A program made the translations under genes and the position numbers. A model generated the notes under the pieces. That model did not search any database, was not told the DNA's origin, and was given only the letters and a program-made list of their open reading frames with translations. Source: Pseudogymnoascus verrucosus (Eukaryota). Taken from it: a DNA stretch of 64,000 bases. Below are positions 36,049-47,606 of this stretch, in pieces. The stretch lies in assembly GCA_001662655.1 (NCBI GenBank), contig KV460214.1; one strand, 5' to 3'. How positions within the stretch are numbered: position 1 is the stretch's first letter; every line of letters begins with the position of its first letter.

Positions 36049-37918
36049 CTACCTCAAAGTAACTTTCGGGAACCACCTCCCCCCACACCACCCCTTAACA
36101 ACAATACTCTGAATATCAATATTCCCATCCGCCCCCACCTCCGGACTCCACATCTTCAACAAGATATACCTCCCACTAACCTCCGGCTCAAACACCAGCC
36201 GGCAGCGACTCTTATCCCTCTCAATAAAAAACCTCGCATGCGGCGCCATAAGCCCCTGCCCGCTCCCCCTCCCATCAACAGCCTTCACCGCCTCCTCCGT
36301 CGCCTCATCAGCAGCCTCAATCGCATTCTCCAGCCCCAGCGACACCACAGACGGCTGACTGCGTCTCGCGCCCCGGGATCCCGAGCGCGATCTCGACCGC
36401 GGCGGCGGCGCGGCACCCCAGTCGCCAACCTCGTCTGTCCAATCGAGCTCGATAGGCGCAGGTGGCTCCTCTTCAGAATCCTCCGAGCTAGTCTCCCCAT
36501 ACTCCATCAGCGCGTGACCCATGCGCTCGCGCTCCTCGCGGCGGCGTTCGCGCGCCCGATTGCGATTAGCGCGCTGGTAGCGGCGCGAGGAGGTCGACGA
36601 TCCGGCGTCGGACTCGGTGTCGGAGCTGCAGGAGGTTGTGACGCGGAAGGGCGGCGTGCAGGCGGGGTCGGTGAAGTCGGTTGGGATCTGGGCGGCGGGG
36701 CGGGAGTATGCGGACCCGTCGGTGTAGACGGTGGGGGATTGGCGGGTGGCGGTGGTGGAGCCGTCGTCGTTGTGGCGGATGGAGATGACGGGGGCGGCGG
36801 CCACAGGGTTGCCGCGGGCGTTGCGGCGATGGGGGGTTGGGAGGTATTGGATTTGGTATTTGGTGGTGCGGGTGAGGAGGTCGTCGGCGTCCATGGAGAT
36901 GAATACCATGCCTTCTTGGACTGGCGCTGTGTAACCCCGTGGTGGGGCTTTGATGATGATCTCCTTGAGGCAGAAGGGCCTATCGCCCTCGTGCTTGAGC
37001 ACTAGATTGCAGCGGTTGCTCTTGGTGGAGTACACGGAGTTGTCCGTTTTCAGCACGTTTGCTGCGCCGTATATGATGCTGTCTCGTTCCGAGCCCTCTG
37101 AGAACGTGCCTCCGTCACAGAACTCAATCTCCATGTTGAGTTTTCCAGGCTCGACCTGTCCATAATACCCATAGTTAACTGCGGGGATGCGTGACTCTGT
37201 AACAGGTGAACCTAGCCTTCTCCGCTTGAAAGCTCGACTGTTCTCGTCACCCTGTTCTTGTGCCGGCGCAAGTAGTTGTTCAATCCTTGGTGCTTCGAAT
37301 CGACTGCGCGTCTGTGACATCGCTTGCTGTAGTTGCTGTCCACTCTGATACATCTCCTCAAGGCTGGCAAGCGTTGGGCTACGCCGCCTCCCTTCTGTCA
37401 AAGAGCGGTGTACTTCCAAAAGACGGCCACTCTCAGTCATGCGAGGTCGAGGTGGAGGACCGGATCCCTGGGGTGGTACCGAAGGGTTCGCAGTATAGCC
37501 AGGGGGCGCTACATCGATTCCAGGCGCACCGCCGGTCGAGCCCAAGCGGTTTGCTACTAGCCTCGCACGCTGCCGCCTCACCCGGTCGCGGAGGTTGTTT
37601 GACGACGACATGCTTCGTCGGAGCTGTTCTACCCGCAGTCTCGTGGCGTGTGCCTCTTCTGCGGTTCTGTCGAGTTCACCCAGCACTTGTGCCAGTCGTG
37701 CGGTGCGGTTGTTGAAGCGGCTTATAGCTCTGAATAATTCGCCCGAGGGGCTGATGTCGTACAAGGAGGCGTCGTCACCCAGTCTATCCTGTAGAAAGCG
37801 AGTTGTCTCTTCGAGATCGGGTTCTGGAGAGTCCGAGCCGTCCGACTGGAGTATATAGTTAGCTATCTCCGGACCATTTCGTACAAGTCGCGGTTCCGGG
37901 ATTGGGGTCACTTGCCAT
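36049..37918 (-). CDS. Conserved-looking fungal hypothetical protein with a split C-terminal beta-rich (galactose-binding/discoidin-like?) domain; probable GC-AG first intron 37915-37846
   Basis: 620-codon ORF with folded segments YGYYGQVEPG...PVQEGMVFISM and PHARFFI...GRYILLKMW...NIDIQSI. The start region reads ATG|GCAAGT...GCTAAC...CAG|TCG. Another in-frame ATG lies at 37975. Confidence 0.75.
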
Positions 37919-38883
37919 CAGATATGAGGCCGCGGAACAAGTGCAGGTGGCGGTGACAACAAAGGGCAGGCGCATGCACGATTGCTGTCGGTTGCAGGTG
38001 CGAGACGGATAGAAGAAGCGGGACAACGTGCCGTGTAGCTATATCAGATACGGCGGGACAGTGGCGAGTAAGAGTGTCTTCGTCTTCGCAGCGGTGAGTT
38101 GAGTGAATGGGCAGGAGAGAAGTTGCAGTTACGATTTCATTTATTGATATTATGGAGAATAGAGGATCAAGTGTAGGAGTACAAGATGGACTGTACGAGT
38201 ATAGAGGGGGTGTAGTGGCGGCGGTAGCTTGGGGGTGGTAGTTGCGGTAGTGGTTGGTGGGGAAGGGAAGGAACCCCCGGAGCCCTTTAGAACCCTTTGT
38301 GAATGCGGCAGTCTGACCAATTACAGTCCTGTAAATACGTTTCTATAAAGTGCGGGTGTAGGTACCTGCCCGTCCGGTATGTCCGTCGCCGTATCTTATG
38401 TACCCCTCACCTCCCTCACCTCCCAACAACTTCTGCCGCCATAACCACGCACGACCAGGCAAAGTGTACGCTTCTAAGAAATCAGGATATATTGCTTCAT
38501 TATTGACTCGGTACCTATTATACTACTTAATATTGCATTGTCATAAAGAAATCAAAGCATCTACAAACCTCCTCTAGCCTTCTCAAGCTTTAATTGCGCT
38601 ATTCGTCGATCCTTTACCGTCACACTGGTGCTGTGCTCTTGTAAGGCTGAAAATAGGCTTCGGCTGGCAAGGCTACGGCGGGATAATCCTCTGTGTCATT
38701 CGCGCCAACACCGAGCTATCAACTTCCACAAGAGCGGAACCAGATTCCCAGATCTCCAGATCTCCAGATCTCTTGGGGCCGGTTTCCAGAACAACAACAC
38801 TGCCAGAACAGACCAGGTCCTGCGAGCTATTCTCCAAATTCAACCTCGTCGCCGTTAGACTACAATACCCTTCCCCATCCACC

Positions 38884-40146
38884 ATGGCAGCAAACACAGA
38901 GGATGGAGGGCCAAGCCTCCAGAATGAGGCCACAACTAATGTAGCCCCGGAGACTGGGATTACTGCCGGTGAGCTTCTTTCCAAATACAACACTGTGCAT
39001 TTTGCCCGTCACTTCAGGATCTAACGCGCACCAGACGAGATTGCCCTGTACGACCGTCAGATCAGGCTCTGGGGCGTCAAGGCCCAAGAGAAGATCCGGA
39101 ATGCCAATGTCCTCCTCATCAGCATGCGAGCACTCGCGAATGAAATCGCAAAGAACCTCGTGCTGGCAGGCATCAACTCTCTTACGATAATCGACCATAG
39201 CATAGTCACGGAGAGGGATCTGGGCGCACAGTTCTTCATCTCGGCGGAGGATGTTGGGAAAAACAGGGCTGAGGCGGCGGCACCACAGGTCCGGAACCTC
39301 AACCCGAGAGTTAATGTCATAGTCGATACGGATGATATTAGCATCAAGGGGCCTGGATATTTTCAGAATTACGATATAGTTATTGCGACAGACCTTCTCC
39401 CAGATACCCTCAACCTCATCAACACAGCAACGCGAGTGAACAACAAGCCCTTCTACGCGGCAGGCGTGCAAGGGCTCTACGGCTTCATCTTCGCCGACCT
39501 CATACAACATGACTACGTTATCGAGCGCGAGAAGGGCAACCGAGAAACACTCTTACAGCCCGAGACACGCACACGCTCCGTCATCGACGCGAAAACCAAA
39601 AAGGAAGGCGGAAAGCTCATAGAAATGGTCACCAAGCGCGAAGTCTATTCAACCTGGTTCCTAGCCAGCGACACCGCGCCTCTACCCCAAGATTATGCAA
39701 AAAGCCGCCGCCGTCTAAAGGCCGTCACCCCAATCCTGTCCTGCTTCCGCGCCCTCTGGGAATTCCAACAAATCTACGACGGCCGCTTCCCAAGCAACCA
39801 CGCCGACATCGCCGCCTTCACCACCCTAGCGACTTCAAAACACAGAGCCCTCGGTCTCCCGACAGAGACGTTGCGTGCTGAGGTCCTGCGCAGCTTCCTC
39901 CAGAACTTAGGCGGTGAGGTCGCCCCCGTGACAGCTATTCTAGGCGGACAGGTAGCGCAGGATGTCATCAATGTGCTCGGGCAGCAGCAACAGCCCATCC
40001 AGAACCTAGTGCTCTTCGATGGGGATCTAATGGAGGCGCCGGCTTACGCTCTGCACCCTGACGGCGATCTGGGTGTAGCGCTGCTCCCTCTCTCCGCGGC
40101 GGCGCAGAATGGGAATGCGCCCGGTGCGCCAAATGGAGAGAATTGA
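38884..40146 (+). CDS. AOS1: SUMO-activating enzyme E1 subunit 1 (Aos1/Rad31/SAE1); exons 38884-38968, 39035-40146
   Basis: DEIALYDRQIRLWG, ANEIAKNLVLAGI and APVTAILGGQVAQDVIN motifs; canonical intron. Confidence 0.93.
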
Positions 40147-40272
40147 TTTTTGGGTTGGATAGCTTGCGACGCCGCCACGTACTGGTTCGCGGCCCGGGGA
40201 AAACGGCGCCGCAGAACGGGGTCTAGGCGTAATAAGGCGTTGAAAAGTAGAGCATAGATACCAAGCAAGATA

Positions 40273-41344
40273 TTAATCTTGATTTTCCCCTTCTCCCTCA
40301 CTCCCGCTGTCCTCTTCCTCCTTTCCGCTATCCACATCCTCTTTTTCACTGTGATCCGCCGCCGCATCCTCCTCTTCCTGCTCTTCCAATTCCGATAATC
40401 CTTCCACTGCCTCCTCTTCCTCTTCATCGCTGTCATCATCTCCTCTCTTCCTCTTAGAAACCACAGGGGCAACCTCGTCCTTCTTTATAAACACGTAGCT
40501 TCGTGCTGGTCTCTCCTCACCCTTCCACCCCGTTTCACTCACCTCACCCGCCGACGTCTTTACAACTCCAATCGTGCGCGCGTGGTGATACCCCGGATAT
40601 GCCGAAGCCTGGAACTTGAATGATCGCTCCACTGCCAACCCGCTGTGTCGCGCTAAATCCCTAATATTCCATAGCGTGTATGGCATTCCCTCGAAGAGGG
40701 TGACGATGATGCTCCCCCCCGGTGTCAGCGACGGTATCGCGCGTTTAAAGAAGTTAACCAAGAGTTCTGCGTCCATCCATTAGCACCTTGACCACCCTCA
40801 TCTCCATCCCCCGCCACTTACCTTGGTTATACCTAACCTGCCGATTCACATCCGTACTCTTCCCCCCCACATGCGGAAAATTAAAAATCACCCTATCCAT
40901 CCCCCCCCTCTTCCTCCCCCCCCCACACCTCCCCTCCCGATCCCAAACCCCCATCCGTCCCGCATCAACATTAAACACGACCTTCTGCTCCCTCCCCTCC
41001 AGCACCTCCACATTCGCCCCAACATGCGGATACTTCTCCTCCAACTCCTTCCTATTCCGCTCCTGCACCGTCGCGACAACGTGTCCGCATCCGTGCGCGC
41101 TCACTAGCGAGGCGGCGAAGGATAAATCCCCGTCCCCGATGAGTAGGATGCGGTCAGATGAGGAGAAGGGGATTATAGGAGCCTGTTTCTTCTGCGGAGT
41201 TGCTTTCTTCGCTGGTGCGGCGGCGGAGGGAGTTGTGGCGGGGCCTTTGGTGCTGGCTTTGAGGTGTTTGGGGATGGGCTTGGCGGGGGGTTTGTATTTT
41301 TTGGTTGGGCCGCCACCGAGACGTTGGCGCTTGTTTTTGCCCAT
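40273..41344 (-). CDS. BMT5: 25S rRNA (uridine-N3)-methyltransferase, DUF2431; exons 41344-40822, 40766-40273
   Basis: ILLIGDGDLSF, FNFPHVGGKSTDVNRQVRYNQ, YTLWNIRDLAR and YPGYHHART motifs. Confidence 0.92.
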
Positions 41345-41822
41345 TGTGTGTTTGAGGAGGCAATGGATGGGTTTGGGGGGTGGGAAGTGATGGATGGGGG
41401 ATGGGGAAAATGAGGGAAGGCTGAAAATTCATGCGGCCGCTGGGGCGAGGCTGGGGAAAGGTTATATGGTGGGGCACTATGGGGTTACTATTTTGGGAAT
41501 GAAAGCCTCGAGGGGTTGATGGAAGTTGATGGTAAATACTATTTGTTAAATATATGGACTGATAACACGTATATCATCAGCTGATTATCAGAGAGAATGC
41601 ATCTTGAATTGAACTCTAAAATGGGTATATGCACGGCTGTAATAAATTCGAAGAATTTCGCTAGGTAGGATTGACGTGGCACCCTGCATGAGGGATATCT
41701 ACCCCTCATACAGCCAAGGGCTGTTACAACGAAAGATGTCCACCGACTACATTTTTCGATTTCCTTGTGCTATCAGACTTTCTTTTCTATGAGCTAATAA
41801 AGGCCCCGTGTTTAAATTAGCC

Positions 41823-44711
41823 ATGAGCTTTGGCTTCAGCGTGGGCGACATAATCGCCGTAGCCAGCCTTGCCAACAAAATCCGCCAACGATTATTTGAT
41901 AGTCCAGAGCAATTCAAGGCAATCGCTACTGAGTGAGTTACAGCAGTTGGCTGTTGGTTCCAGATCACTTACTATTCCACTAATAGGGTCCGAAGCCTCT
42001 CGATTGTCCTTCAAGATGCCGACATCGCCGTCTCTGAAAGAGAGCTCACCGGCCAGCAGAAAACCGAGCTAGATGGTATAGTGCAAGGATGTCATGATCT
42101 TCTAGAAGAACTAAAAATTGCACTTGATAGGTATCAGGAGTTGGATCCGGACGCCAAAGTCTCAAGCGGGAGGTCTCGAAAGGTGTGGAAAAGGCTCACT
42201 TGGGACCAGAAGGACATAGACGGGTTTCGGGGACGGATCTCGTCGAATATCATACTATTAAATACATTTCTAGGACTCATAAGCAGGTGAAGGGCTCCTC
42301 CTCATTTGGAATGAATACCCAAGCTAAATCAGAGCAGCCAAGCAATATTCGCGGTTAAAGATGGCATTGACCGATTAAATCTGGGACAGCAAGAGCAAGA
42401 ACAGAAAGAAGAACGCCAAATTATCATCGACTGGGTTAGCACAATTAACTATGCTTCTCAACATAGTGACTTTGTTACCAGACGCCAGGAAGGAACCGGA
42501 CAATGGTTGTTGGATTCGAACGAATTTCAGCACTGGCTCAACCATGGCCAGCAGATACTATTTTGTCCAGGTATGCCAGGAGCGGGGAAGACCATGGTCG
42601 CGTCTATTGTTATCGACCATCTATACGCCAAATACCAAACAGATTCCAGCGTTGGCATTGCCTACCTGTATTGCAACTTCCGGCGCCAAGATGAGCAGAA
42701 GCCCGTTGATCTACTAGCGAGTCTGCTAAAGCGGTTGCTTGAGGGACGGCCCAATTTGCCTATTAGCATGAAGGATCTTTATGAGCAGCATAAGAGCAAA
42801 CAAACTCGGCCCTCGTTTGGGGAAATCTTGACAGAACTACGATCCATCATTGCTAGTTTTTCCACGACTTTCATTGTTATTGATGCACTGGACGAATGTC
42901 AAGTTTCCGATGGAGGTCTGACAAAGTTTCTATCAGAGATACTCCGCCTTCAAACTAATACTGGAGCAAATCTATTTGTAACATCAAGATTCATTCCGCA
43001 TATAGTAGAAGAATTTCAAGGGGCTCCATCATTAGAGATCCGTGCCAGTGATGGGGATGTCAAGAGATACCTTGATGGACAGTCATCACGCCTTCCATCG
43101 TTCGTCCGTCGTAATCTCGACATGCAGGAGAAAATTAATGCTGAAATAGTCAAGGCAGTAGACGGGATGTACGAGCTTTCTCATCTTGCCATGGTAGAAA
43201 AGCGAGCTAACATTGTCAGGTTTCTTCTCGCGCAACTTCACCTCGAGTCATTAATCGGAAAGAGGTCGCCTAAAGCCATCAGATCAGCTTTAGAAAAGCT
43301 TCCGACAGGATCCGAAGCGTATGATTATGCGTATAAGGAGGCAATGGAGAGAATTGAGGGTCAGATTGCCGACTCTCAAGACCTTGCTAAACAAGCTCTC
43401 GGCTGGATCACTTGCTCTAAGAGACCTTTGACAACCTTGGAGCTTCAGCATGCACTTGCAGTCGAGATAGGCCAGTCTAGCCTTGATGAGGAGAATCTTC
43501 CTGACATCGAAGATGTCGTTTCAGTATGTGCTGGCTTGGTGACTATTGATGAAGAGAGTGAGATAATCCGATTAGTCCATTATACCACACAAGAATACTT
43601 TGACCGGAACTGGACTTCTTGGTTCCCTAACGCGGAGAAAGATATTGCGAAAACTTGCGTTACCTATCAACTATTCAGTACTTTTAGAGGCGGTTCCTGC
43701 GCCCATAATGAATTGGAGGAACGCTTGCGGTTAAATCCACTTTACGACTATGCAGCCCGAAATTGGGCCTATTACGCTTCCTCAGAATCGACAGAAGTAG
43801 AAGAGTTAATTCTAGATTTTCTTCAGAATGACGCAGCTGTGTGCGCCTCTGATCAGGCGGCGGTAGTTCCTTGGGACGACTACCCTGACTATGATATATG
43901 GTTGCCAAGGGGTATGAGAGGAACACATCTTGCGGCATATTTCGGACTGGAGAAAGTGATGAGAAACTTATTGAGGAAAGGGCACCACCCGGATTCTAAA
44001 GACAGTTTCGATTACACACCACTGTTGTGGGCTGCATCGAAGGGGCACGATGAGGTGGTGAAGCTGCTGCTCGCCACACCCGGCGTCAACGCGGACTCCC
44101 ATACCAATATATACCAGACGCCGTTAAGTGTAGCTGCATATTGCGGCCACGAGTCAGTGGTGAAGTTGCTGCTCGCCGAGGCTGGCGTCAACGTGAACTC
44201 TATGCAGTACGGATCAAATACGCCGCTGTGCCTTGCTGCAGAGCGCGGGAACGAGGAGGTAGTGAAGCTGTTGCTTGCCACGACTGGCATCGACGTGAAT
44301 TCTAGGGACCGAGGCGGTGTGACGCCGCTATTCCTAGCCGCAGGGAACGGACACGAGGAAGTTGTGAAGCTGTTGCTCGCCATGCCTGGCGTTTACGTGG
44401 ACTCTAATGACTCCTATGGTGAGACGCCGCTGTGGATGGCCGCACAGAACGGACACGAGGAGGTTGTGAAGCTATTGCTCGCCACGCCCGGCGTTGACGT
44501 AGACTATAAGAACTCCCATGGCAAGACGCCGCTGTGGATGGCCGCATCGCGCGGGCACGTGGAGGTGGTGAAACTGCTGCTCGCCACTCCTGGTGTTAAT
44601 GTAGACTCTGAGGATATTGATGGTAGATCGCCGCTGTCGATGGCCGCATTGTGCGGGCGGGACGTGCAGTTGGTGAAGCTTCTGAAATCGGGCGGGGCCA
44701 TGACAGACTAG
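41823..44711 (+). CDS. Fungal NLR-like STAND protein: HeLo-like N-terminal domain, NACHT NTPase, ankyrin repeats; exons 41823-41932, 41987-42286, 42338-43168, 43220-44711
   Basis: MSFGFSVGDII N-terminus, GTGQWLL, Walker A GMPGAGKT, Walker B IVIDALDE, winged-helix VCAGLV...RLVHYT, then ankyrin repeats. All three introns are canonical. Confidence 0.92.
44011..44690 (+). repeat. About seven highly similar 102-bp (34-aa) ankyrin repeats
   Basis: TPLxxAAxxGHEEVVKLLLATPGVxVDS is repeated, and the DNA GTGGTGAAGCTGCTGCTCGCCAC recurs with small variations. Confidence 0.92.
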
Positions 44712-45257
44712 AGGAGCGTTAAGTCCTTACGAAGTCATCCTGCTAGAGAGGTACAATATAACTATCCGACTGAGGGTCCGGACCGACTTCATGATCATAA
44801 TACTACAATTGCACGCCTGCCAGGGCCATCCAGTGTAGAGGGTGCCGAGGAACCAAGTGTCGCACGATGAACGCAGCAGCAGCGATAATGTTGGGAGGGA
44901 GAGGGATACAGGAGAGACCCTTCATAGAACTCGAAAGCAGCAGGAGGCCACTCTGTGCACGTTGTCCGATTTAGCGGGCGCCAAACCCCCCATTTCAGAC
45001 ATCAGTCTAAATTATAATGCGTCAATAAGTCGCTATCGCTACTGGTACACGTAATTGAACTGTCTCGGTTCCCTGTATATTATATCTTGATAAGTTTAAT
45101 CAATCAAAAACTTGCTTCCCCAGGCCTGCTTGGGTCCCTTCCAGGCGGTAACCTCAAATGGAATGTCTAATGGCATACCCTGCCTTCTACAGTCCCATCA
45201 TATACTCCTTGACTTGGATGCTGCACTAGCCTTCCGTCAAGTCCATGGACAAGCCTC

Positions 45258-47171
45258 TCAGATATCCCCCAGATATTCCACATCTTCCCCACCCCCGAAA
45301 GCACTCGCCTTATTCTTCTTCTTGCTCTTATTTTTCGATTTCCCGGCATTGCTGCCCCCGCCAAATCTATCATTCTCTTTCCCATCCGGTCCACGCGTAG
45401 CGTGAATAGCAGCCTTCTTCTGCCTCGTCGCTTCCGCAAGCTCGGCCTCCACGCGCGCCTCTTCGGCGTTTTGCTCTGCCTCGATCTCCTCTCGCTCGGC
45501 GTTGATGACAGCAACATCTTCGTACTCCAAGCCGGTATGGGACTTGTATTCGTCGAAGTTGATAGGCACCTTCTCTCCTAGCAGCGCGCTATTAATCTTG
45601 CTCGGGTAAAGCCTTTCCTCCTTGTTGAATTTGAGTTTGATCTGTCGCCTATTTCGATCCGGAAACATCTTGGAAATCATCTCGAAATCGGTTCCGAACA
45701 TGCGCAGGCCAACGTAGAACTTTTCTTCGGCCTCGAGGTCCCAGAATATGTTCTTCTCGCGTTTCATGAACGTGCCAGACGTGGTGATCCGCGTGAACTC
45801 GTTTTCTTCGATGATTTCCATGACTCCAGCATTTGCTGCAGCTAGTTTGTGACGATCGAGGTTCAAGGAGCTTTCGTCGATAACAATCTGCCCATCCACC
45901 AATCTCATGCGAGGGCCTACGCTTGTGGTTTGAAGGGGTGTCTCGGTCGCCGATCGCGTTGTTGCCGAGGGCCTTTCATCGTCAGAGGCTCCAACAAGCT
46001 CGGGATTCTCTCTCCGCAGTTTCGCCTTCGCTTTCCTGTCTATATCCCTCTGCTTTATTTCATCGTGTTTGCTAAACTTCTTGCCGATCTTGAGATCCTT
46101 GCAGAGATCTGCCATCTTGATTGTCGAGTGGTCAATTTCCTGGTCTTCTGCGTCTTCGGGGGTCTCCGCGCGCTTTTTCCGCGCTCTGGGTTTCGGGGTG
46201 CTAGAAGTGGCAGCCCTGGGTTCCCTGGGCTTCCTAGGTTTCCTAGGCGCGCTTGTGCGCGGTGCCTTGGTTGCATGGACTTGAACTTCAATGCTAGGCC
46301 GAATATCAATATTGGCATCATCTAATTTCCGCTTCCTAGCCCTCGGCTTTGCTTTAGGAGGTAGCACGGGAATTGGGACGCCGGAAGTTCCATCTGGATT
46401 CAGAGGCACCACTGGGATAAGTTGGGATGGGTGGCCTGCTTCACCTGCACCCAAGGCGGATAAGTCCATGGACTCGTCATGTGCACTAATTGCAGCAGTA
46501 TCATTCCTCTCGACATGTTCGCGATCAATATGTTGTTGGGTTGGTTGTGAAACAGGCGGGGGTATTATAGCAGTGTCTTGAGGTGTGCTTATTACTGCAA
46601 GCCTTTCTGTCTCCCTTTCAAGGAGTCCCTCCTCGCTCGGAGCAGTAACAGGAGTCGGTTCAGCGGTCGCTGTCGACGGTATAGAAGGCGGGCGTGTCGT
46701 GGGTTTTGAGATTGGCACCGTTTCCTGGGTTTGTGGGGGGGTTGGGACATGGCTCAGTCTTCGTCGTGTACTTGAAGGTATAGGTACTGCAGATTCTTGT
46801 CCCAATGGAGTCGCAGTTATTGGCGGTTGCACTACTTCTTTTGTAGGAGGAGGTATGACTGCAAAGTCTTTCTTGGCTGAAGTAGCTGGTGCCGCTAAAT
46901 CTTTTGGGGGCGGAGGTATGACTGCAGAATCTTGTCGCGCCACTGGTTTTTCCACAGAGGGCGCTGGTTGAACTTCGGGTGCAGCTGGTGATTCCACCTC
47001 TACCGATGGGATGGGAACATTATGAGCAACTGGAGGCGCTGGTGCGTGCGCTTGCTTTTCGACAGGTGGGATCGATGGTGAGGCTGATGGTGGGGCAGTA
47101 ACGCCAGGTCTTCGCGCCGGAGCGCGTGGCTTGAAGCTCGCGGCTCCTTTCTTCTTCAAAAGGGAACTCAT
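45258..47171 (-). CDS. BDP1: TFIIIB B'' subunit
   Basis: GPRMRLVDGQIVIDESSL and the SANT/Myb-like WDLEAEEKFYVGLRMFGTDFEMISKMFPDRNRRQIKLKFNKEER. Confidence 0.92.
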   Translation of the reverse strand: MSSLLKKKGAASFKPRAPARRPGVTAPPSASPSIPPVEKQAHAPAPPVAHNVPIPSVEVESPAAPEVQPAPSVEKPVARQDSAVIPPPPKDLAAPATSAKKDFAVIPPPTKEVVQPPITATPLGQESAVPIPSSTRRRLSHVPTPPQTQETVPISKPTTRPPSIPSTATAEPTPVTAPSEEGLLERETERLAVISTPQDTAIIPPPVSQPTQQHIDREHVERNDTAAISAHDESMDLSALGAGEAGHPSQLIPVVPLNPDGTSGVPIPVLPPKAKPRARKRKLDDANIDIRPSIEVQVHATKAPRTSAPRKPRKPREPRAATSSTPKPRARKKRAETPEDAEDQEIDHSTIKMADLCKDLKIGKKFSKHDEIKQRDIDRKAKAKLRRENPELVGASDDERPSATTRSATETPLQTTSVGPRMRLVDGQIVIDESSLNLDRHKLAAANAGVMEIIEENEFTRITTSGTFMKREKNIFWDLEAEEKFYVGLRMFGTDFEMISKMFPDRNRRQIKLKFNKEERLYPSKINSALLGEKVPINFDEYKSHTGLEYEDVAVINAEREEIEAEQNAEEARVEAELAEATRQKKAAIHATRGPDGKENDRFGGGSNAGKSKNKSKKKNKASAFGGGEDVEYLGDI

Positions 47172-47606
47172 GGCTCAGACGTTCCCATGTGAAAGGCCGG
47201 ATAGGTTGTTGGCCACAGTGGTGAGAATTCCTTCAGAGGCGCAGTTGTCGTTGGATGTTCGCTGCGAGTCAAGAAAGTGCATTTTAGTTTACAAGGCTAT
47301 CTATCCTCGTTATCGAGTCTAGGCGTCTGAAAAGTGGGACTAAGCGACAGATTTGGCGCTAGTGCACTTTTGGTCTCTACAACGCTAGGATCCGACCTTC
47401 GATCTTTGAACATCCTGCTCCCCCTTCAACACCACATCGCCACCACTTCTCGCGACAACCTACAACAAACTTCTCCCTCCTGACGACAATGAGCTAGATC
47501 TTGCTCTTGAACACTGTTTATCGCGACGCGCGATTCTTGTGCTGCCTTGCTTCTGATGAAGGTGGCCGCTGCAACCGTCGGCCCCCTTCCTGCAACCATC
47601 ATCAAG

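Noticed and set aside
35839..37005. 388-aa plus-strand ORF
   Set aside because: It is the antisense shadow of the GC-rich 620-aa gene and has low complexity with no domain.
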